DNA of 58,959 nt, the filler included, from Sphacelaria rigidula (lineage: Eukaryota): the NCBI GenBank assembly GCA_964200075.2. It is 10 parts of 10 records of this genome, joined end to end, with 100 filler letters (N's around TTAATTAATTAA, not from the genome) between each part and the next. Parts side by side here need not be neighbours in the genome. Positions count along the whole stretch, not along the records: positions 47,249 to 53,054 come from CAXNAA020024326.1; positions 53,155 to 58,959 come from CAXNAA020024327.1; 8 more parts are not named here. One strand, written 5' to 3'. Positions 49,580-58,959 of this stretch are shown piece by piece. Both the position numbers and the translations under genes were made by a program. How positions within the stretch are numbered: position 1 is the first letter of the stretch; the number at the start of each line of letters is the position of its first letter. The notes beneath the pieces are model-generated. The model made no database searches. It was not told where the DNA came from and saw only the letters and a program-made list of their open reading frames with translations.

Positions 49580-49636
49580 CGGCAGCGAGGGGGTGGGCCG
49601 TCAGATTCTCCCACTCGCAGTCACTAGCGATACTCA

Positions 49637-49690
49637 CTAATCGTCCTCCGGCAACGGTCCGCAGTCGTCGGGGAACACATTGGGGCAACG
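49637..49690 (-). CDS. Pmp-like/adhesin-like protein, last exon (RCPNVFPDDCGPLPEDD*)
   Basis: CAG acceptor after a pyrimidine-rich tract; phase 0 matches the 50591 donor; TAG stop. Confidence 0.6.
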   Translation of the reverse strand, partial: RCPNVFPDDCGPLPEDD

Positions 49691-50590
49691 CTGATGGGAC
49701 GGGTCGGCAGCGGCAGGAAGCGAGACGAGATGCAAGCGTTGACGAGATCCAAGTCGTGATGTGTGATGGGCGTGCGAGCAAACGAATACGTGCCAATTTT
49801 GCCGTCGCATCGCCACTGGCAAAAATAATGGTCATTGTGCTATTCCCGCCTCCCGTGGTCTACAACTTAGTGCTGCGCATTGCCAAGAGGAAAGAGAACA
49901 AAATATACTCAGTACTGAGCCTCGTGCGCAGTGCACTGCACAGCGGCACCCACTACCACAGAGTGAGTTGCAGTAAAGGTGAGTAAAACACAACGAAATG
50001 CACTGCTTCGATCAGCGGCACAAGAGACCTGCTCCGACCTCACGGGGGAACAGCTCGTGCCGACAATTTTCGGAGCAGGTCATCATGCACTCACTGCGAT
50101 ATATTTGCACGAATCTGAACGCGTTGAAGGCGCTCGGTGAGAGCACCAGCAGCGTAGCTACTATGCTAATATGCTGCTGGAACCGGCCGTGGCACCCTCG
50201 GTGTAGAGTCCGTGCAGGTTACGAAAACCTCCGTTACTGCACGCAAAGTTTTTCATTGGTTTCGACATTTAACAATATGCAGAACTCTCAACATGCTCTC
50301 GAAGTATGTTACTACGTGCTCCCATTGTGCTTTAAGCAATACTATATGTGCATGTTGCAGGGGTTGGGCAGGGGTGTTGGAGTATAACGCGACGCCGTAG
50401 ATAGGAAAAGATACGTCATTATAGTAAAGGGGCCAAAAGTACGACAAATTGCTGTCCATGAGGGGGGCGTAATTACCGTGTGGGTTTTGCGTAAATCACC
50501 GCTAGTCATGTGTACTATGGCCATCGGTAGTAATGATTTGCGACGCGAGGAGGGCTGTACATCCAATGTACCAAGTGGAAAGCGGCTTAC

Positions 50591-50732
50591 ACTGGCATCG
50601 TTGCCCTCGAATACGGTGTCAGACGGGTATGTCGTGGTAGTCACCACGGGATCTTCTTCGCGTATGCTGTTGTAGATAGCCCCACCGTCCTCTTGGGCTG
50701 AATTGCCGGTGAAGGTGGTGGGCCCCGTGAGC
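50591..50732 (-). CDS. Polymorphic-outer-membrane-protein-like (FxxN/GGAI beta-helix repeat) protein exon
   Basis: TTFTGNSAQEDGGAIYN...TVFEGNDA; CAG acceptor and GTAAG donor. Confidence 0.8.
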
Positions 50733-50821
50733 CTGGTACGATCCCGACGACGGCGGCGATGGGAACGGATATCAATGAGGACTGGACAGGCTGGCATGTT
50801 ACCATTTCAACGGGCATGGGG

Positions 50822-51467
50822 TGCCACTCATGAAAATCACGCTGTAGTCATCAGATCGTTGACCTCGCGTCCCGAAACTTCAGGGGCTGAGCGGTATACT
50901 CGGTTTTCGGGTGGCCAGGCTGCACTACAAAATGACCACTTACAAAATATAAGAGTGGGCAGGATGAGAGTGTACTCATGATCTGGTATTCCATAGTGAT
51001 ATTGATCGTTGATCTCGCACCCCTATAAAGCCGGGACGGAGCACGCCGGATTTTCGTCGACAATCGATTCCCCAGCGCGACGCGCGGTAATGTGTTCGGC
51101 ATGTCGCATGAAGGGTGAGCTACATCCTGCTAAGATTGTCGGGCCCGAAGCGTACTGGTTATCTTGCATTTGGATGATAGCCTACAATGAGCTGCTTCAT
51201 TTTCTGGTATCACCGTTTCCAGAGACAGCCACAGGTTACACACTGCGTCATGAGTGTCTCACAATGAATACACTACGTGGTGTAAGCATCCCCTTTGCGC
51301 GGGGTCGAGGTTATCCCATTCCACACAATATGACTTTAGCTCCACCACCATGAGGGTTACCGCAAAAACAACGCAAGCGATCAAAACAAATCGGTAACCT
51401 GGTTGCCTAACATACGCAGTGAGTCGCGTGTTTTACAGTGTAATAGCCATCCAACGCAAACCCCACA
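50822..51467 (-). mobile_element. Poly(C)-tailed SINE-like element: short 3' fragment (50822-50925) plus near-full copy (50969-51467)
   Basis: Homologous to 5955-6432. Confidence 0.8.
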
Positions 51468-52349
51468 GGGGGTGGGGGTGACGGACCGACGGAGTTACCC
51501 ATGGGAAATGATTTCGGCCTGTAGAACTGAAGTTCATACCCGATGATCAAATCATGAGCAATTGGTCTGAGGCGTTCTCTTCCGAGTTCCAGCGATGCAC
51601 CTTGACGAAACTAGAATGAGTGGTGGGTGGGAAAATATGATGTGGAGGTGACCGGGCACGTGAAAACTTCGTTGTGTATACCGATCCTCTCTTGCGAGGG
51701 CAACACATCCGGAAAGGTATATGAACACCCGAGCATCTTCTTTACTCGAAGTGTACGAACACACCTCACCCCGTCATTCATCAAGCAGGTAGCCTGCAAC
51801 TCGTGCAATACGGTACTAAGTGCCTACACCCACCCACCGCGGCACCCACCAGCCAAACAGAAAGAAACATGTGGTCCACCAAGGAACTATGGCACTTGCG
51901 ATAGGGCTCAGCCGGAGCGTTCTCAGTCAAGACAGTTAATTCACCAGCGGTGATCGATAGCACCGTAATAGTGGGTTGGAGACGAGAAAATGTAGAGTTA
52001 TGACGAGGAGTGTGGGTGGGGAAATGAAAAATTTACCTACAGGAACAACTTCCCCCCAAAACCAAATTCGTGGAAAGGAACAGGCCAGGTTTCTCCGAGT
52101 GCAAGGGAGCATCCAAAACATGATGAACGGTCTTACTGAGTACGAGGGTGCTTCCTCCAGCACGGCGTGACAAAGCAACGCAATAGCGGTCACACAGGGT
52201 GGAATAGTTCGAAGGCTTGCGCCGATGTATGTCAATAGAGAACAGGATTTAGTGCAAAGAAGTATAAAACAGTCGCACCAGTGACGGGTCGAAAACAGGG
52301 CAACAAACCAACGTCGGAAACATTCTTCATGAGGGGAAGGGGAAGGGGG

Positions 52350-52787
52350 GGTGTACTCATTGACATCGCATCCCTAGAAAGCTGGGACGGCAATCACCAA
52401 CACGAAGCGCCATGATGTGTTCGGCGAGTCGCATGAAGGGAGAGCTGCATCCTACCACGATAGTTCGACCAGAAGCGTGCTGATTATCTTGCAACTGAAT
52501 GACAGCCTCAAATGAGGTGCTTCATTTCATCATATCCTCACTCTGAGAGACAGTCATGGGTTACACAATGCCTCATGGGTGTCTCACCATATAAACAACA
52601 CGTAGTACGATCATCGCCTTCGCACCGAGTTCGGGTTCTCCACCCCGCGTAATACGATCTAGTCCGACCACCTTCATGGTTACGACAAAAAAAGTGCAAG
52701 CGAAGAAAACCGCGGTAACCTGGGTGCCTAGCTTACGCAGTGAGTGGCGTGTTTTACACCGTCGTTGCCAACCGATGCCAGCCCTGG
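52350..52787 (-). mobile_element. Poly(C)-tailed SINE-like element, near-full copy
   Basis: Homologous to 5955-6432; G-rich tracts on both flanks. Confidence 0.8.
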
Positions 52788-53154
52788 AACGAGGTGGGAG
52801 GGGGACGCAAACTGTGCAGTACAAAAAGCAATGGAAAAAGGTGAAAAATCATGCCAGGTAGAGTACAGAGAGCAGTGCTTCGATAGTGCAGCACATCGTC
52901 GCTGGAGTATACATTTTTCATAACTTCACGACTTCGCCAATTGCCTGCACCTGAGAGGCTTGACCCCAGCTCTGAAAACGTGGGGTATGACTCTCACGTG
53001 AAATTACCCAGGCATTCTTGAAAAAGGCGAGGGGGGGGGGGGGGGGTAATAAAGNNNNNNNNNNNNNNNNNNNNNNNNNNNNNNNNNNNNNNNNNNNNTT
53101 AATTAATTAANNNNNNNNNNNNNNNNNNNNNNNNNNNNNNNNNNNNNNNNNNNN

Positions 53155-53225
53155 AAATGGACACAATCCCGGGGAGCGGTTGATTCTCATTTCAAAATAC
53201 GTTCTCATTTTTCTGGCAACCCTGT
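53155..53225. mobile_element. Young TIR transposon terminus (reverse orientation) at contig start
   Basis: Reverse complement of 5740-5806. Confidence 0.78.
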
Positions 53226-53979
53226 TATAGCCGTGACAGGTCAAATCTTGTCGTGTAGACGTGATTGAGTAGACTCACGGTGGATACTAGGATTGCATGA
53301 CTCTCCACACTGCTTTGCTAAATAATTCCATTCAACAGCTGCTGTGTGCTTTCTGCTGTGTGATGCAGCTGAAAGGAGCAACACAGCACAATTTTGCGGT
53401 TAGATACAGCTGAAATGGAACCACGCTATCCTGCTCCACATGTACTCAAACTCGACAAGACCCGCTGGATGAAAAAATCGCTTGTGTCTCCGAACATTGG
53501 GTTGGATGTCACCCTTCGGTTTTACCACATGCTACCGTTTTATTTATTGTGATGCTGTTACAATATGGCTATGCGGGATGATGGTACCGGCCGTTTACGG
53601 CCTGCACCATCTCCTCGATGAAACCGTTGACTTTGTACTCAGTCTAACAGTGCATGAGTAGTGTGCTTTCACTGTGGGAACAAAACTGTTCCGAATCACC
53701 ATCGAATATAAAATATCGGACTATGCATGCGGAAGAACCTCTGTCGTGTACTGTTTATTCGAGTCTATATACTGTGGGGAAACATGAGGTAGTGATGGCC
53801 GTGTCGCCTGAGTGAAACTACTGAACGCGATATCAACCAGAAGATGGGAGTTAACAAACTGCCTGTGGAAGAAATACACAGGAGCTATCGAGATATTGTC
53901 GGCTACAATTAGTACCAAGTACATACAGCATAATATATATATTAATTGAGGAACGCGAACCACTTGCTCGAGTTTCTCA

Positions 53980-54800
53980 TGCATGACCACGTATGCAACG
54001 GTGGAAGAATATCGTTTTACTCTATGCTATGCAAATTCACGAAACTGCTTGTGTGACCGTAATACCATACAGGTTGTGCATACATGCTACAAGGCATGAT
54101 ACCATGTGAGCCGATTCGTCGTGAACGGAATTTGTGAAGCTTGAATCAACATGAGGCATTTACCCTACCCCGGTCAGGGGGGGAGCAGGTCATTGATGCC
54201 TTGAATGCGTGTTATTGTCATGGAAATTGAATGTCACTTCAATGTGGTTCCCCCTGATTGATAGTTTTGCCCTTGGTGGATAGCTCCAAAGGGTATGGGC
54301 GAGTCATATATGTTTGAGAACTTCGGGGCTATGTGATGTCTGCGCCGATTTTAAGAAATCAGACCCGATCATGTGCTTTGACTTTACTTCACGACTTTCA
54401 ATACATGGATGATTGTTCCCGTGTGCACCTAATAACCGCACCTCGTACATGACCGTGTATGCAGCTGATGGAGAATGACATTGTTACGCTACCGTCCGCT
54501 AATGCACGGAAATCTGTTTGTCTAACCGTAATGTCATACTATCTGAACACATGCTACCAGGCACGGTGCTATGTAAACCGATTAGCCGTGAACGGAATGG
54601 CGAAGCTTGAATGAACGAAACATGGAGTATTTACCCTACCCCCTGGTCAGGGGGGGCGAACAAGTAATGCTCGAAATGCTTGATTCGTCATGGAAAATGG
54701 ATGTAACCTCTACGTGGTTCCCCTGTTTGATCGTTTGCGCCCTTGGTAGATATCTTCAAAAAGTGTGTGCGAGCTATGCATGCGTAAAACAAACGGAGAG
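53980..54800. repeat. Diverged tandem duplication, period ~466 bp
   Basis: gtgaacggaat at 54121 and 54588; atttaccctacccc..ggtcaggggg, gtcatggaaa, gtggttcccctg and gcccttggt all repeated in order. Confidence 0.8.
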
Positions 54801-54825
54801 TCATGTGAAGTTGTATGAACCACAT

Positions 54826-54859
<34 letters not shown>

Positions 54860-54938
54860 GCTCGCACCATACAGCGAACAAGCAGGATTTGATTACATAC
54901 AGGAAAATGGGCGAGGACGAAGGCTCAAGATGTCAAGA

Positions 54939-55300
54939 CCATGCTTGTTCGAACAGGTTGACAGGGGAGTCAGGATTTCCCATGTGTTTTCGAACGGTTG
55001 ACAGGGGGCCAGGAGTTTCCCATACGTGTTCGAACAGCTTGCCACGGATCCAGGATTTCCCATGTATTTTTCAACAGGTTGACAGGGGGCCAGGCGTTTC
55101 CTATGCGCGTTGAAACAGGTTGACAGGTGGCCAGGAGTTTCCCACGTGCATGCAAAAAGGTTGACAGGAATCAGGATTTCCCATGTGTTCTCGAACAGGT
55201 CGGCAGGTATCCAGGAATTCCCATTCCGTCCGAACAGGTTGACAGGTGGCCAGGATTTTCCCCTGTGTTGTTCGAACAGGTTGACATGAAGCCAGAATTC
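54939..55300. repeat. ~40-bp minisatellite, 9 diverged units (ccatgtgttttcgaacaggttgacagggggccaggatttc)
   Basis: Head-to-tail units with no unique spacers. Confidence 0.92.
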
Positions 55301-55560
55301 CCTTGGGAGTCCATGAATTTATACCTGGCTGTCCCCGACACGTGATACCCTGTCCAAATGCACACGCATGAACCTCTTTTGTCCGGTTATATTGCTGCTC
55401 CCTTCGTTCTCCTTCCCCTCTATGTTTTTGTTCGCTATCGTTATACTGGTGAAGCGCGAATGCCATTTTTGCCGAAGCGAGTAGGAACGGTGCACAGCAA
55501 CTGTGGGTACAAGCTGAAGTTTGGAACCACAGCAAGAGTAGCCACCGCTCACCAGTAACA

Positions 55561-56856
55561 GTGTTACTGGGCACCGGAGCAGGGGGGGGAAGCTGTGCAT
55601 CGAAACAGTGGTGAAGGTTGTTGGTAACGTGGGGTAATACAGCAAATAAGTTGCAACGGCAGGCAGCAGGAATTTTGAGGTCCGCTAACCCCAGTAACAG
55701 TAAGATACCTTACATGAAAATTCTAGGGTCAGCGGCATTTCCTATTATTTTTCGCACAAAGGATAGGTTAATAAAGGTATGGGTCCGGGTGGTCCATGGA
55801 TTACCGTATGCATTTATTCTGGCAGCGAGTTTCTTCAGGAAAAACAAGAACACGTCATCTTTCAAAGGGCGATTGAGATTGCGGCCTTCGCCGTAGGCGC
55901 CGTGAGTCCGGTGTGTGTCTAACAGCCCCCCCAAACTCGGAGCTGTTGATACCGACCACCTCACCAACTAAGGAGGTTCGGCAACTTTGAAACTCTTCCG
56001 TGCTGTCAAGCCAAGCGCGCTTGGTGACGACTCGACAGTAAGGTTGCCTGGTCGGAGCGAACTGGCAGCATCGAATGAAGTGTGGAAAAGCCTTGGAGTG
56101 GCGTGACAGGACGATGCTACGCTACAGTGGCTGCTGTGTCCCACGGAAGACGGCGGTCAACAAGATCAAGGACTTCTCCGGAATGGATGAGATCGTTTCT
56201 GCACGGTGTTTAAATTCCCTACGTGGTCTAACCCGGCAGAGCGGTCTACAAGACAGCGGACCCCCCCCCCCCGGGCGAGGTAGAATCGTTGCTGCGCGGT
56301 GTTGAAGTGCCCTACGCGGTCTAACGCAGCAGAACGATTATCAAGATCGACGGCTACACCAAGACGCCGAATACTCGGGAAGGGGGACATGGTAACGCGG
56401 CGATCCATCGTGTAAACCACGTTCAGTCCCAGGGTTTTTCAATCCTAGGACTGAGGGGGAGTGTTACGGATCGCGGCGTGGCGGGGTGAATGGAGATAGT
56501 ACGATGATGGGCCGTCGGTTTCAAAACGACACTACCCCCGGAGGGCTGATTGCGGGAACTGGCTAGTACCGTGATCAAGGGTGAAGGCGGTGTAATCCGT
56601 CAAAAGACGGCATGCATAAACATGCCTCTTTACATCTGGTTGGATCCGATTCATTACAAGAATCGATCCAGTCGGCACGCTGGGGTTCACTCTCTTTTGA
56701 GTGCTGAGGTAAGTCCCACCAAGTGGAAAAAGAAATCGAATTGACCTGAAGCGGTGATCAAGATATCGTGACGTTCGTCGTGTATCGTTCTGCATTGGAC
56801 TTTCCCACGTGCTGTGAGCTTGCTTGTGTTTCAGACATAACGGTGAGACTGTAACG
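55561..56856 (+). mobile_element. Internally deleted LTR-retrotransposon relic: decayed retropepsin, polypurine tract and probable 3' LTR
   Basis: VLLGTGAG (decayed LDTGA) at 55561; MKILG..VRVVHGLPYAFILAASFF; PPT GAGGGGGAG then TGTTAC at 56462; possible LTR end GTAACG at 56856. Confidence 0.55.
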
Positions 56857-58897
56857 AGGTTGATTCAGGCAACGAGCAGATGCAAGAAGATCGGCATGAC
56901 AGTAGAACGAACTTTGTGCACAAATGTAATGGTGAAATGATTAGCCCTATAGTAAAAGTAAGTCATATCATGCATGAGCTAGCGAGACATCGTAACTTGC
57001 ATGACCGAAATGCTAGTGTTGTTCGCTCTAGTACTCGGCTTGTACAGTTGAGACACGCATGTGGACGACCACTATGGCCAACACTATTCTGTTTGTATCA
57101 TGGCGCTTCTGCAACCGGGACTATTGTGATCTCTTGCGATTTTCCGAAATGTATTTATTCAAGTAAGCATTAGCCACGATGATATTTCGGTCCCCATATA
57201 TGAAAAATCTTTGTTCACCTCAAACGATAACCCCGCATGTGATGATGAATTTTGCTTGCTGAGAGTGTGAAATAGAGCGAACTGGTTCTCGGTCAATCCC
57301 GTATGTCCTTGAAGTCGCTGCATGCTGTGTTTATCCTACGCCACTGAAGATGCGTGTCCATGGCGATGGCGCAGCGGTTATTGCTAAAACAACTGAAATT
57401 GATGTTGGAGCTGCAGCCATAATCGCCCTTCCTTATATGTGTATTTTACAGTATAACGGGTATTTGAAGTACGATTGCCCGCCGTCAGTAGCCACGCCCC
57501 AAGGTGGATATAACACCATATGCTGCAACATGCTGACATCGTCTCCGCACTGCGCTATGAAACGGCTCTAGGCTAGCGTTGCATACCACGCAGCGAGTGC
57601 CGGGGGTACGTACCCCTCCCGCGCGAGTCAGCGGATGACGGACACCGCATGTTATGTGCAGCCAATATATATATATATATATATATACTGTATACATTTC
57701 AGGTACAACGCGGATATTTGAATCCTATTTCGCCACCTCTCTGGATACAACGTTTGGGCAAGTTTGAATTCATGAGTTTTTTCCTAGAATTTGATGATGA
57801 TGAACCAACTTCCAACCTTACTTATTGTCATGACCAACTACAAATCAAGGGAAGGAAAGATAATGAAGAGTTCATGCTGATAACACCGAGCTACCCGCTT
57901 GACGTAATTTCACGGTTTACTGGATGACGTGGGGATGGCGCTTGGCCTATGCTGCATGTGGGTTAGGTTTAAATTCGTGAACCGTCACTCGCTACTGTGA
58001 AACGTGGGACTGATTGTGCAGCCAGAGATATACCGAACAGATGCGCTGATGCTGTCGTTATGAGTCCAGTTACTGCATCCATGCAGCGCTTACTCTTGGC
58101 CACGTGAAGCCGCGTTTCTACCGCATCTCGTGTCTGCAATAAGCGCACACATGCACATCTGTATCCTGGGGTGCAGGGATGCCGTTTCAGTGTTGCCTGC
58201 TTAAATTGGAGCTTGCTGTACCCTATTAAAAATCAGAGATATCCTCCACCTAAACTGATTGAATCAAAGTGTTGATGTACTATCTCTTGCTGTTGAACTT
58301 GTATTACAGCAGGCCATCTGCTGTGTGCATGCTGTGACTAAACATGAATTTGCACAACGCTTGGACAGTGCACGAATCAGGCTGATACCCATATTACTGT
58401 AACATGATGTGGCGTGCTGTTGTTATGTGAATGCTACCAGTTAACCCTCATCATTATCCTACATCAATCGTGCCTTACTGTTCGACGAGATATTACCTCA
58501 TGTCGCTAAAACCGACCCACTTGAGCCAAATTTTCGGTCACCATGCATTGAGTAAGCCCTATACACATTGCCATATAATTGCGGCGGGTTTTTAGATATG
58601 ATATATGATCTCCCTTACGCCTTGAAATAAAAACTTGCCCTCACGGGTGAGTGCACATGATCGAAATGAGAAAGCCGATCGTGCGAGGAGCTGTGAGATG
58701 AGACAGCTTGATGCTTGCTTTATACACCACATCACGGTTGACGCCAAGATAAAATGATTCTGTACACCGCTTTGCTAAATTCTTGGATGCCATGACTGCT
58801 GTACGCCCGAGTTCTCCTGTGTAACGCAGCTGCTCAGTTTTACTGTAGGCTCTGATTTCGCCGTGTGATGACACAACGCCATGCTTGCTTCATAGAA

Positions 58898-58959
58898 CAG
58901 GGTTGCCAGAAAAATGAGAACGTATTTTGAAATGAGAATCAACCGCTCCCCGGGATTGT
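58898..58959. mobile_element. Young TIR transposon terminus at window end
   Basis: Identical to 5740-5801. Confidence 0.78.

Noticed and set aside
54939..55300. CRISPR-like array
   Set aside because: Units are contiguous and similar over their whole length, with no unique spacers, no cas genes and a eukaryotic context.
53155..58959. Whole contig as one TIR element (Polinton/virophage-like)
   Set aside because: The CAGGG termini face the unique interior, so the element bodies lie outside the contig; no polymerase, capsid or integrase ORFs are present.

Overview
This is not a contiguous locus. It is ten unrelated eukaryotic contigs (nine of exactly 5806 bp, the last 5805 bp) joined by an artificial 100-bp spacer (44 N + TTAATTAATTAA + 44 N). 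Contigs: 1-5806, 5907-11712, 11813-17618, 17719-23524, 23625-29430, 29531-35336, 35437-41242, 41343-47148, 47249-53054, 53155-58959. Short GT-AG exons in long, repeat-filled introns, a ciliary gene and Pmp-like adhesin repeats suggest a brown alga or related stramenopile (inference). Host gene fragments reconstructed by hand with consistent splice phases: GBF1/GNOM-type ARF-GEF (2 exons), small heat-shock protein (3 exons), BBS7 (4 exons) and a Pmp-like GGAI/FxxN protein (last 2 exons). There is also one TMC-like exon and a first exon with a ubiquitin-like/NPL4-like N-terminus. The rest is mostly transposon-derived: two LINE families, LTR-retrotransposon remnants, a tRNA-derived SINE, several MITE/foldback families, piggyBac-type ends, and a spliced DDD-type (DUF7869/Sola-like) transposase relic. 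The most interesting signal is a LINE family and a ~480-bp non-autonomous partner that share a 3' end, finish in poly(C) rather than poly(A), sit in G/C runs and stack on each other. One copy has a 14-bp target-site duplication ending in a G run, consistent with G-run-primed retrotransposition. All family assignments are from motif recognition by eye; no searches were run.
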